Source: Octopus bimaculoides (Eukaryota). Taken from it: a stretch of DNA of 52,511 nucleotides. Location: NCBI RefSeq assembly GCF_001194135.2, contig NC_068983.1:107646941-107699451 (forward strand), written 5' to 3'. A model generated the notes under the pieces. The model saw only the letters and a program-made list of their open reading frames with translations. It was not told where the DNA came from and made no database searches. Positions 37,980-50,044 of the stretch are shown one piece after another. Numbering within the stretch: position 1 is the stretch's first letter; each line of letters begins with the position of its first letter. The position numbers and the translations under genes were made by a program.

Positions 37980-38171
37980 CTACCTGGATTCGAATAACAT
38001 TGAAAAATACCCTAGGAATGGGAGCCCAGATTCGAAGTTTCCCCAAGACACCTGATGAAGGTTGGAGGGTATATCAGCCGAAATGTTGTGTTAACAACAA
38101 ACAAGATGAGGACAAATATCTGTCAAATGTAAATAATGTACATAATTCCTCATCTCTTAAATATAGAACTG
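37789..38171. mobile_element. Second fold-back copy of the hammerhead-tailed family, central tRNA hairpin mostly deleted
   Basis: Arms are reverse complements; direct repeat ACTGTTCATCC at 37778-37788 and 38168-38178; long arm ends ATAGAACTG as in the 30309 copy. Confidence 0.9.
38047..38092 (+). ncRNA. Minimal type-I hammerhead ribozyme with cleavage triplet
   Basis: GACAC CTGATGA A GGTTG gagggtatat CAGCC GAAA T GTT GTGTT: stem I GACAC/GTGTT, stem II 5 bp, AA(C>T)GTT palindrome remnant, GUU triplet. Confidence 0.7.
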
Positions 38172-39736
38172 TTCATCCATATAAGGTTAGAAGAACTGCA
38201 CAGTAATAATTAGTGGAACAGACTTACTTGACTCCTAGCTAGATTAAACTAACATTTAGTTGTAGTTATTCAACGTAAAGTCTTATATGAATACTTAACA
38301 ACTATTTTGCTAATTTTATATCTCAAACACATCCATTATTGTCATACCCGTCCAGCTTAAACTGTTGGTGCCTTTTGATAGTATCAGGCCTAAAGGTATC
38401 TAGAATTTGTTTATAACCCTTGAACTGAAGGTTTCTGAAAATAGCAATTGAAAGGACTCCTTTTCCCCAATGAACATTGAGTTAGTTAAATAATAATAAG
38501 AGAATGCTAAACTTAAAGGATGTTGATATTATTTTTATCCTTAGTAGTAGTATTAAAAACTAATGAATTGATAACAGTTATGAGATGTTAGAAACAAAGA
38601 TAATATGAGATCAGTTTAATTGTAAATATTAGTATTGAATAAGAAAAAGAATATAATGATGAATAAAATCATTTATTCGTTATCATATTTATACAACATG
38701 GAGCTGAAATGATATTAATTTATATGAGCTTTTGTGAATATACCAGCTTGTCAATGATATGAGTAAGATGAAATTTTGTAACTGACAATGATCAAAATAC
38801 CAATATATATTTTTCATTCTCCTTAACACAAGAAAGCCTATATATGGATGAAGTGGTAGTAATTAGAAAATGGGCAATAAAAGATGATAATTGCTAAAAA
38901 AAAAACATGGGTAAGAAAGGCCTTTAAATAATTTCATGATTAACTGAAAATAATCTCTCTTCATTACCTTTGTTAGAATGCAAACCTACAATTTTCTGCT
39001 AATTTATGAATACTTTAGAGGAAACATATTACACTCTAACCATTAGCAAGCTTTCAGCTTTGTAGCATATTTTGATTGTGGCTCCACCCATAGCACTTCA
39101 AATAAATCCCTACTAAATTCTTGATCAATCCAGCATAAATTTTTTCTCTTTTCTTTTTCTAAACTTTTGCTAATGCACATTGAAACCAAAATAATGAATT
39201 TGGGATCCAAAATACAAAGAAAAATGTTAAAAAGAATTGTAGAATTTTTATGCTATCAGTTTTTCTATAGATTTTTTTTTTTTCCTCTCTACAGACGTTA
39301 ATTTATAATTTAAATTCCTATTTATGTTAGAAGCCAACTGAAAGTTCACTATTAAAAGTTAATAAAATGCTTAATTGCATGCATTCTATTACGATAAAAG
39401 ATCAGGAAATCCTAACTTTATTTTGCCAGCTATGGTAAAGAAGACAATAAATAGTAATGTCTAAATCAAAGAAATGGTAATTCTAAGGAAATGATGACAT
39501 CAAACAGTTCTCAAACCATTTTTACTCACAGTGTATTTCAGAGCTAATGTAAATATTCAATCCCCTATGTATTATAAAAAGGTATTTATTTATATATAAT
39601 TAATCACTAAGTATAAATAATATAACTACAGAAAATTATGAAGTACTTTTATCATTATACAATATAAAACTTTAAATTTAGAATTTTAGTTTATTTGTAT
39701 TTTTCACCTTCTTTAAAAATAATTTTGTTATTTTAG

Positions 39737-39872
39737 AGGCACAACTAGAAACAGCTCATGGCACACATTTTGGGAGTTACTGGTCTGGATGTCATACATA
39801 TTGCACTGTGATAAAAGTGCTTCACTAGTTTATTACATTGCTGGGAAAACATTGAAATGCCAAAACCAAAAT
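39737..39872 (+). CDS. Weak candidate exon GTTRNSSWHTFWELLVWMSYILHCDKSASLVYYIAGKTLKCQNQN
   Basis: TTTTGTTATTTTAG acceptor, AAT|GTAAGA donor, one open frame; no recognisable homology. Confidence 0.2.
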
Positions 39873-40378
39873 GTAAGATAACAAGGCTGATTAGTTAAAG
39901 TAATAAAAAGTATTTCAAATAATTCTCATGTTGAGGTGTTACTTCTATTAAATTTTAAGACATTTCGTTTTGAAAATTGTAAACCACCGTCACCTTGCAT
40001 CACTTATTTTACAATCACTTCACCAAGAAGCATGCATTGATTGTTCTAGAGCAGGGGTGGGGAAACATTTTAGTGTGGCAGGGAAAAATTTACAAAGAAA
40101 AAGGTCCGCAGGTGGATCACAAGTTCTAACTCTTATATCTGTGTAGATCTTGTATATATCTATGTATAATTCAATATACATTAATAAAGATAAGTTTAAC
40201 ACGTTAAATTAATGCATAACATCTTCATTAATGCTGCCACTGAATTTAGGACTTTTATATTACTTATGAGGTTTCTATATTTTTCAGCTGGAGCATAGTT
40301 GAGCCTCAAGGGCATGGTACAAACCTTGCAATATGTGTTTTATAGAGATAGCAAAATTTCCATTCAGATGGCAATTAC

Positions 40379-40506
40379 CGGATGAGTTTCTGTTTGAGTC
40401 TAACCATTTTAAGTTGTAGTGGAAACGTGACATATGTTGCAAATTGGTATACAAATATTGTATAGATTTTATAATTGAAAAATTTACTACATACGAGTAT
40501 ATCAAC
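40379..40506 (-). CDS. Weak candidate exon LIYSYVVNFSIIKSIQYLYTNLQHMSRFHYNLKWLDSNRNSS
   Basis: TTTTATTTTTTGTCTACAG acceptor, CCG|GTAATT donor, open frame; no recognisable homology. Confidence 0.25.
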
Positions 40507-40877
40507 CTGTAGACAAAAAATAAAATGGGCTTGTGAGTGCAATTGTACCCACAAACGGGGGTTTTCCCATCCCTGTTATAGAGAAAAGAAATATCATTTT
40601 GTTTACCTCAAGAGAAAATATTTATTTAAGTGATTTTTAAAAAACTCGTTGTGGCCTTCTTCCAGCAAACATTAGGAAGCAAGTCTTGTCTCCTATTAGA
40701 GTCTTATGTAACCCTGACTTAGAGGTGCAGATGTTTCACCATATCCTAATGTGCCCTGGAAGTAGTTGTAACTAAGAGTTATCTTATTTACCATGCTGAA
40801 GCTTTATAATGGGATTAATTTATAGTCATGCTTGAGTCAAAATAAAATATTGTCATTGAACTACTATTGATATCAAC

Positions 40878-41035
40878 ATCATCATCATCATTTAATGTCT
40901 GATTTGACTGAAGGCTGGTAAACTGGGGAGCTACACCAGGTTCCAGTCTGATTTGGCATGGTTTCTATGGTTGGATGCCCTTCCTAATGCCAACCACTCC
41001 AAGAGTGTAGTGGGTGCTCTTTACATTCCACTGAT
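40878..41035 (-). mobile_element. Family C, short form without internal units
   Basis: CATCATTTAATGTC...GGTTGGATGCCCTTCCTAATGCCAACCACTCCAAGAGTGTAGTGGGTGC. Confidence 0.8.
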
Positions 41036-41645
41036 ATGGGTGCCATTGATGCGACACAACATATAACTAAATATCCTATGTAGTTATATGACTTTAAATT
41101 AGTAAAGATAGAGAAATGTAAATATTAGAGTGCTTGATATTGAAATTATTTTGGTGTTTCTTTTCCATTAATGTTTTTTTTCCATTCTTTTAAGGAATGA
41201 TTTTAATCTGAGCAGTTTCTTTTATAAGTGAATGTCTTTCTTACTGTTGGCAATTCAACACTAAAATAGAACCAAGACTTGTTATCAATCATACACACTG
41301 AAAGAGTATTATTTACCTTGACAAGATACATGTAATCAATAGTCCAACAACTTATATCTCTTATGTCAGTATATTAGATTAGCATATAATGGTGAGTTTA
41401 TATGAACAGCATAAAGCTGATGGAATTACCCTCAGTATATTGTAGGTAGATTCAAAAGATGAAAGTAAAATTCAACCTTAACAGGATTTAAATTCAGTGT
41501 AAATAATTGAAGTCTTCAACATGAAGAACAATACTTAACTATTTCAGCTGCTTCACATCATCATCATCATCATCACCATCACCACCACCACCATCATCAT
41601 CCTCATCCTCATCCTCATCATTATTATTATTAGCATTATTATATA

Positions 41646-42348
41646 AGGTGGCAGGCTGGCAGAATTGTTAGCACTATGGGTGAAATGCTTAGCAGTATTT
41701 CATTTACCACTACATTCTAAGTTCAAATTTTGCTGAGCTCGGCTTTGCCTTTCATCCTTTCAGGGTCAATAAAGTAAGTACCAGCTGAGTACTGGGATCG
41801 ATGTGATCAACTGTCTCCCACCCCACAAAATCCAGGCCTTGTTCCTACAGTAGAAAGGATTATTATAGAACCTTTAGCATGTCAGGCAAAGTGCTTAGTG
41901 ACATTTCATCCAACTTTATGTTCTGAGTTCAAATTCCAGTGAGGTCGACTTTACCTTTCATCTTTTAGAAGTTGATAAAATAAGTTGAATACAGGTTGAG
42001 TACTTGGGTTGAAATAATCGACTTACCCCTGCCCCTAAACTTGCTGGTTTTGTGTCAAAATTTGAAATCATCATTGTCGTCGTCGTCATCGTCATCATCA
42101 TTATCATCATTTGATTTTGCTGACCATTTTCCTTTGAGGCAGAAAGCCAGCAGAACCGTTAGCATACTGGGCAAGATGCTTAGCAGTATTTCATCCATCT
42201 TTATGTTCTGAGGTCAAATTCTTCCGAGGATGACTTTGCCTTTCAGCCTTTCGGGGTCAATAAAATAGGTACTAGTTGAGTACTGGGGTTGGTGTAATCG
42301 ACTTACCCCTCCCTGAAATTGCTGGTCTTGTGCCAAAATTTGAAACAA
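41646..42348 (+). mobile_element. Three same-orientation family B SINEs (41646-41865, 41868-42068, 42135-42348)
   Basis: Each has GTTCTGAG(T/G)TCAAATT and CCTTTCATC(C/T)TTT...AATAAA...GTAC...GACTTACCCC segments. Confidence 0.85.
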
Positions 42349-42559
42349 TTATTATAATAATTATTTTATTTTTATTATTGTTATGAAAGTTATGATGAAG
42401 CTAAAATTGTAGTGTATTGTTATCTACGGAAAAGAGCTGATTCATTCACCTTTGACCTTAGTATTTGACTGCTACTTTATTTTATTGACCTTGAAAGAAT
42501 GAAGGTGAGATTTTAACCCAAAATGTATAAAGAGTTGAAAGAAATAATAATAATAATAA

Positions 42560-43100
42560 TAATAATAATGGTGATGCAGTCCCAGGCAGCGGCTCTCATG
42601 GTTTCTGATCTTTACTGATTGGAAGTGTAATCATGTACATTGTTTTATCTTAGTACAAAAGATGGGCTTCAGCATATATTCTGCTCAGTAACACAAATTT
42701 GCTTGTCAGTTGTTCGACCTTAACCAGTTGAACATGTCCCTTAGTGGCTGAGCAAGAGTAGTAGGGGAGCATCATAGCCATGTGTCTAGAGGAATTCTTT
42801 GGGGTTTGAATAATTCACCTTTGGAAACATGGGTGCTTCGTTCAATATCCTTAAACAACCCTTATTCAGGGACCCTTTGACTTGGATGGGCTACTCACCT
42901 TGAAGAAAATTCTAACTGGGCCCCATCTGCAAGGTCATGTGCTCTTTATCTGATATGAGATCACCATGTGATGTACATATCATTATGATGCATATGTCTA
43001 GTGTACCCTTATCAGACGGATAGTCATAATGGGTACACTAGGCTTTGAATATTTTACCTCAGTGTCACTTTGATGGCATGCATTGCTTTCCCACTCACTA
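42560..43100 (+). mobile_element. Non-coding element of about 540 bp embedded in (TAA)n, no tRNA boxes
   Basis: (AAT)n on both sides; partial inverted second copy at 43744-44143. Confidence 0.8.
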
Positions 43101-43142
43101 ATAATAATAATAATAATAATAATTATTATTATTATTATTATT

Positions 43143-43372
43143 ATTTATTTATTGCCCACAAGGGGCTAAACATAGAGGGGACAAACAAGGACAGACAAAC
43201 GGATTAAGTCGATTACATCGACCTCAGTGCGTAACTGGTACTTATTTAATCGACCCCGAAAGGATGAAAGGTAAAGTCGACCTCGGCGGAATTTGAACTC
43301 AGAACGTAACGGCAGACGAAATACCACTAAGCATTTCGTCCAGCGCGCTAACGTTTCTGCCAGCTCACCGCC
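43143..43372 (-). mobile_element. SINE family B, full length, young-looking
   Basis: Head GGCGGTGAGCTGGCAGAAACGTTAGCGCGCTGGACGAAATGC with many CpGs retained. Confidence 0.9.
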
Positions 43373-43377
43373 TATAT

Positions 43378-43743
43378 TCCCAATGTAGATTATGCAAATC
43401 AAAAGAGGAAGCTGTTACACATATAGTAAGTGAATGTAACACACTGGCACAGAAAGAATGCAAGAAAAGACATGACAATCTAGGGAGAGTAATCCACTGG
43501 GAGCTATCTAGAAAGCTAGGATTTGAACATACTGATAAATGGTATAAACATGAACCTAGTAAAGTATTAGAAAGTAAGAAATATAAGATGTGAGATTTCA
43601 ACATTCAGACTGATAGAGTAATAGAAGCTAGAAGGCCTGATTTAGTAGTAGTAGAGAATAGAAAGTGCCAGATAATTGACTTTAAAGTCCCAAATGATGA
43701 AAACATTAATATGAGAAGTATAGAAAAAATAGCAAAGTTCCAG
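43378..43743 (+). mobile_element. R4/Dong-type LINE fragment: CCHC knuckle plus restriction-like endonuclease
   Basis: CRLCKSKEEAVTHIVSEC (CX2CX8HX4C), RHDNLGRVIHWEL, M*DFNIQTDRVIEARRPDLVVV, IIDFKVPND, EKIAKF; one stop replacing the conserved W. Confidence 0.9.
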
Positions 43744-44143
43744 TGTATGAACTTGCAAGAGGGGCTCAGTTAGAATTTTCTTCAGGTTGAGTAGCCCATT
43801 CAGCTCAAAAAGGCCCTGAATAAAGTTTGTTTAAGGATAATGAACAAAACACATATGTTTCCAGAGGTGAATTATTCAAACCCCAAAGAATCCCTCTCAA
43901 CACATGACTATGATGCTCCCCAACTATTTCTGCTCATGATCAGAGATGCACATACTGTTAGCCACTAAGGGACATGCTCAACTGGTTAAGGTCAAACAAC
44001 TGACAAGCAAATCTGTTATACTGAGCAGAAAATTTGCTGTAGCCCATCTTTTGTACTAAGATAAAACAATGTACATTATAACACTTCCAATCTGTAAAGA
44101 TCAAAAGCCATGAGAACCACTGCCTGGTACTGCATCAGGGTAT
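43744..44143 (-). mobile_element. 3'-truncated inverted copy of the 42560 element
   Basis: Reverse complement of about 42560-42930; retains TATGTGCATCTCTGATCATG missing from the first copy. Confidence 0.85.
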
Positions 44144-44144
44144 G

Positions 44145-44156
44145 TTTATTATTATT

Positions 44157-44191
<35 letters not shown>

Positions 44192-44243
44192 TATTGTTAT
44201 TATTATTATTATTATCATTATTATCATTATTATTATCATTATT
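44145..44243. repeat. (ATT)n/(ATC)n microsatellite
   Basis: Direct reading. Confidence 0.95.
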
Positions 44244-46865
44244 GTGTTCTGTTGTTTTACAGAGTTGGTGCATATTTTTTTCTGCAGTTTGCCTTTTGTT
44301 TTGTACATAAGAATTGTTGTAAATTTTATATGCTATAATACTGGTTGCAGAATTGATATTGCTATAACCACTGTCTCTGCTTTGTAATTTTTCAATCAAG
44401 GAAGGAGGGTTAAAATTCACAGCTGCTTTGACCTCTACTTTGACAAAGGACAAATTGTCTGGTTTAGACATGGTTAATATCAATATTGAATTGAAAGACT
44501 TGCAGATAGGTACTTACTAAAAAATATGGAGAACTGTGTATCTATGGAAGTATGACTGGAAAGGAGTTATTGTAAGATTAATGTAAAGAAGAGAAATGAA
44601 AATATCAAATAGATTTTTGCAGTGGAAGTATAAGAGAAAATCAAAGACTGAGGAAAAGATAGTTGGGTGGAAGTATAATACAATGGAGGCCTGAATACTT
44701 AAAAATGATAAAAGTATTACTTATCAGGTGGGTGGCTTGCTCTTAGATGAAGATGAGAATGTATTCTTTTATATGTGTGGTAAAAGTGCATCATCCCAGA
44801 TATAAGACATATATGAACTTGCTGGCCTTAATATCACTTGTTAAAAATTAGATGAACTTCAGAACTCCCTGAAATTCTTCCTTGCTTATCTTATTGTATT
44901 TTTTCCCAGTAATAATCCCATCGTAAGTCAATTTAGGTAACAGAAACAACGTGTTCCCAGAAATGTTATCAAGCATTTGGAGGATTTCATGTGATACTAA
45001 TCCTTTAGTACATGTGATGTATCTAAAATCAGATTTCTTATCAATTGGTCACATATCCTATTGCATTGCCTTACAAAAGCCACTCTTTTCATGCTTACAT
45101 GGAAACAGGATTATAATATGGTAAGCTGGAACTACAATTATACTATAATACTTTCTGAATTATAGAACTTATATAACTAAAACTTTATTTTTGCCCAGAA
45201 AATTTTGAATTGCTACATCAAAAAATATATTAATAAAATCTTTAGAAAAAGAATTTTAATAATTTACAATAACACTATTTTTAAAAATCAATTCCATTTA
45301 AGTATGCACTAGATGAGAGAAATGCACAAGTAATATATAACAAAATATTACTGTCATAATTTATGTATGAGTGAGTGGAAATGAGTGCTCATATGTGTGT
45401 GTGTGTGTGTGTGTGTATCCAAAACAGTTTTGAACAGATTATTAATATTTAGCTATGTTATAAATTATCCTTGCTTTTAGGTTTTGCATCCTCTCCTAAA
45501 TGACTAATCTATTTTATGTAAATAAACAAAACACAGAAGCTAATAAATTGGATATTTTCATCATCATTTAAAGAAATAAAATATTCAATAAGTTAATGCT
45601 TATTTTATTACTCCTGAAACATTAATTACTTAATATGTTTACACAATAGTGTGTAAATAATCATATATTTTTCTTACATTTAATATAGATAATATATGAA
45701 ATTATTGGAAGAAGTAGCCATCTTTATTGTAGTTCATGTTTTATCTTTCAACCAGAAGAACACGTTAACATTTACTTGCATTTTTTTTTCCTATGGAAAG
45801 TGTGTTAACAGTTATTATCTAATCTTACCTAGATATACACCTTGTTTTACTATGTTTCTGAAAATTAGATTCAAATGTTACTACTCTGTATGTCAGAAAA
45901 ACCACAAAGATTAGTGAAAGTGAAGAAAGGAAACAATTTTACCAATGGTGTATTATTGCTATCACTAGATCAAACAAAATATTCAAGTATTCTAAGAACA
46001 AGCACATGTTCTTGCAACACAAACAAATAGGCAAATACTTTAAACATATTAACATCTATTGTTTAGAATAATTTCATTAGCAGATCTTATAAGAATTTCA
46101 CAGAACAACAAATTTCTCTCTTCTTTTCTAAGAAAACAAAATATAAATGTGTTCTGATGGAAATGTAGTCCTAACTAATTTGATACAAACTATACTGTAC
46201 CAAAAAATTTCAAAAGTGTTTTGCTTCCATCCCGACAGCTATCTTTGCAATTTTGATTTCAGATAACTGTAAACACATTCTTTTGAAAGGATAGTATCAG
46301 AAAGTGTTGGAAGCTGAACAGATATGAGAACAGAGACTAACAGCAATATAATCGCATATATGACATCAAAGCAATTATAGTCAGGCTAAGAATGTTTGCT
46401 GAATTTTTTTTGTTTTCTCCACCCATCTCCTATGAGCAGTAAGGTTCTAAAATCTTAAATTAGTATGTACTCAGGTTAATGTATGTACAGATGCTAGTTG
46501 AAAAGAGCAATAATTGGTTCAGAGGTTTTACTTACAAGTTTATCAATGGAAATGATGGAATAAATGCTATTGATATTGGCATATGTTTGGATTATAAAAA
46601 ATAGTAGAAATTATAGATACACATTTGCATAAGTAAACTGTGTACAGGATACATAAAATGGATAAGACAAATAAACTGTAAGTTGTGTCAACAATACTGT
46701 TGATGATTAGATTAATGTTTGGAGTTGTACAGATATTCCTTTATGTTACATATTTTATGGCCTTTTAAATGCTTTATTGAGGCAAGAATTTAAATGTATG
46801 TTTCCATACCAAACAACAATTTCTTCAATGAGGATCCTTTATGATTATGAATACATCTAACACAT

Positions 46866-46922
46866 TCTTGAACAAACTGCCAGTTGCATTATCTTGAACA
46901 AACTGCCAGTTGCATTATCTTG
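46866..46922. repeat. 26-bp perfect tandem duplication
   Basis: TCTTGAACAAACTGCCAGTTGCATTA twice plus TCTTG. Confidence 0.95.
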
Positions 46923-48537
46923 TTATTAAACATTGCTTGTTTGTCGGTAGCAGATGTTTTTCCTTTGTATACAGTTGGGTTAATTGAAGGAAAGCACACC
47001 AGCTTAAATATAAAAGTTATTTTAACATTTTATGCACACGGACATTGGAGAGGCTCTGTCAAAAATTATTTTTATTGTATATAGTAATTTTTGATGGTAG
47101 TATTATGTTGAAGATATTGTTATTTCAAATAGTTCCTTCTAACATGTATAAGCATGAAAAAATATTTTAAGTGTTCCTCAAAAGGAGAGGCAATACATTT
47201 CTTGTTTTCCATTATAAACAAACAATTTAACTAATGAAATGAAGCAAGTAAATAACAATACTGCTGTCAGTTAATCAGGAAGCTAAAAAACATTTTGATG
47301 GACAAAACATTACAAGGATAGGAAAGTGAATCCATTAGGCAGTCATTGGATCACAGAAAGGATATGGTTAATGAAAAGAACAGCAACCAGTCAGCAGTCT
47401 ACTAGGTATAAAAGGGAGAAAACAAAGAATTTAAATTCTAAGAAGAAAAAAGACAGTATATAAGGTTTGATCCAAGTTAACAATATTGATTATAATACCA
47501 AGTTAAAAATGTTAGAAATTCAATCTATTTAACTCTGCTCATAATATTTGACTATGTCAACAAAATTTCATATATTATATGTTATATAATATATTATATT
47601 ATATGTTCCAAGAGCCAGCAAAATTACCAATATAATTTGCTTTGATATACCAGCACTTAATGACAAGATGGTCAATTGAAGAAATGTTGGTTAATGGTAA
47701 TAGTATTTCTTTAACAGCATGAGAGTCAGAAAAATTAGTTGAGACAAATCAAGTAGTGAAAACTATTCAAAATTTAAATGTTAAAACCTTCAGAATCAAT
47801 TGATGGTTGAAGTTATGATTAAATGCTAAGTAAATGTCATCACTGGCTCTCTGATTGAGAATAATGTATATATAAGAGAGTGTGTGTGTGTGTGTGCATG
47901 TGTGATGTGGGTATGAAAAAGTGTAATAAACAAGTTGCAGTCTATACCATCTATTCCTTATGCATGTTTTACCAATTTTGTTATTTGCATCCTCTGCACT
48001 AGATGTTCATAGTGTGTTTGGATGAAGATCCACAATGGTTCTTCTGGGTAATACTTTATTGCATTATGTTAACACTAAACAAATGCTTTGTTTTCCCTAT
48101 ATTCTATAACGAGTAATGCTATTAAATACAGTAGTAACCATACTGTCTTACTGGAAGCAGTCTGGAGGATGATACTATATGTGTGGAACCCTAAATTCCC
48201 TAGTGGCAGTCATACATCTAACTGTACACACAGTATATTACAAATATATATATATATATATATCATTATCATTATTTAACGTTCATTTTTATGTTTGCAT
48301 CAGTTGGATGGTATCTGTTGAGGCAAATTTTCTATGGCCAGATGCCCTTCCTATCTCTAGCCCTCAATTATTTCTAAGTGAGGTATTTTCCCATAGCTAG
48401 ATATATTTTTCATGGAAGACTGGAAACAAACAACCTTGTCTGTATGACAATGATTTGTTTACAACCATCATTTGATTTCTAGAGAAGGATACATACAAAC
48501 ACACACATGTATGTGTAACTTTATATATATATGTATA

Positions 48538-48857
48538 TCATCATCATCATCATCATCATCGTTTAATGTTTGCTTTCTATGCTGGCATGGGTTGGACGGT
48601 TTACCTGAAAGCTGGTTCACCAGAAGGGTGCACCAGGTTCCAATCCAATCTGGTAATGTTTCTACAGCTGGATGCCCTTCCTAACGCCAACCACTCTGAG
48701 AGTGTAGTGGGTGCATTTTGTGTGCCACCGGCATGAGGGACAGTCAGGCGGTACTGGCATCAGCCATGCTTGAATGGTGCTTTTTAGGTGCCACTGGCAT
48801 GGATACCAATCAGGCAGTACTGTCATTGGCCACGACAACGACTTCACTTGCCTTAAC
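48538..48857 (-). mobile_element. RTE-tailed SINE-like family C, running into the gap
   Basis: Tail CATCGTTTAATGTTTGCTTTCTATGCTGGCATGGG and internal units. Confidence 0.85.
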
Positions 48858-49310
48858 NNNNNNNNNNNNNNNNNNNNNNNNNNNNNNNNNNNNNNNNNNN
48901 NNNNNNNNNNNNNNNNNNNNNNNNNNNNNNNNNNNNNNNNNNNNNNNNNNNNNNNNNNNNNNNNNNNNNNNNNNNNNNNNNNNNNNNNNNNNNNNNNNNN
49001 NNNNNNNNNNNNNNNNNNNNNNNNNNNNNNNNNNNNNNNNNNNNNNNNNNNNNNNNNNNNNNNNNNNNNNNNNNNNNNNNNNNNNNNNNNNNNNNNNNNN
49101 NNNNNNNNNNNNNNNNNNNNNNNNNNNNNNNNNNNNNNNNNNNNNNNNNNNNNNNNNNNNNNNNNNNNNNNNNNNNNNNNNNNNNNNNNNNNNNNNNNNN
49201 NNNNNNNNNNNNNNNNNNNNNNNNNNNNNNNNNNNNNNNNNNNNNNNNNNNNNNNNNNNNNNNNNNNNNNNNNNNNNNNNNNNNNNNNNNNNNNNNNNNN
49301 NNNNNNNNNN
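48858..49310. other. Assembly gap
   Basis: N run. Confidence 1.
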
Positions 49311-49660
49311 CAAATACAAGAAGAAGCAATTCTGTTGGGCTAGTTAGCCTTTGTTTTATTCTGTGGAGGTTATGTAATGAGTCATTGTGGAGGTTGAGGT
49401 TATGTAGTGAGTCATTGTGAATGTTATGTAATAGTCATTTACGTACGTTTCAATCTAGCCAATGGTTTGGCAGATCTCATCAGAATGTTGAGGAGTATGT
49501 TAAGAGTTTGTTGTGCGCGGGATGTAGGAGAAGTGATTGGTGGGTATATTAATGTATATGGTGGTGTAATAATATCGATAGGTAAAGAAAGCCTTACGTT
49601 TTAGTTGAAGTTGTGTTGGTCTTCCTGTAAGGGGATGTAGGATGGGTGCTATTTAAGTTC
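49311..49660 (-). mobile_element. PLE pseudo-LTR-like fragment
   Basis: C-rich minus strand, hammerhead motif, three short tandem units (AATGACT...ACATAAC...CAC) and AATAAA downstream; end lost in the gap. Confidence 0.6.
49436..49487 (-). ncRNA. Minimal type-I hammerhead ribozyme, core intact
   Basis: CATT CTGATGA GATCT GCCAA acca TTGGC t AGATT GAAA CGTAC GTA AATG: stem I CATT/AATG, 10-bp stem II with one bulge, palindrome ACGTACGT, GUA triplet. Confidence 0.8.
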
Positions 49661-49734
49661 ATCATTCCGGTTTTATGTATTTACTTATTTATTTATACAC
49701 ACACAAACACTTGTATATACATGGATATCATACT

Positions 49735-49887
49735 CTATGGAGTGGCTAGAGTTAGGAAGGGCATTTAGCTGTAGAAATCAAGTCAAAACAGACTGGAGCC
49801 TGGTGCAGTCCTCTGGCTTACCAGTTCTAGTGAAACCATCTAACCTATGCCAGCATGAAAAATGGATGCTAAATGATGGTAATGATG

Positions 49888-49888
<1 letters not shown>
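49735..49888 (+). mobile_element. Family C, 3' part
   Basis: GTTAGGAAGGGCATTTAGCTGTAGAAA...CTATGCCAGCATGAAAAATGGATGCTAAATGATG. Confidence 0.8.
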
Positions 49889-49924
<36 letters not shown>

Positions 49925-50044
49925 TGCGCGCAAATGCACACACACACACACACACACATGAATGCTGGACTTCTTTTAGTTTCTTTACTTTTTTAGGAAT
50001 AATTATACATTTACCTTATAAATTCATTGTGTTTATAGGCATAG

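Noticed and set aside
40044-40120. TTCTAGAG-CAGGGGTGGGGAAAC resembling a hAT/Charlie left end
   Set aside because: No matching right TIR or second TSD found.
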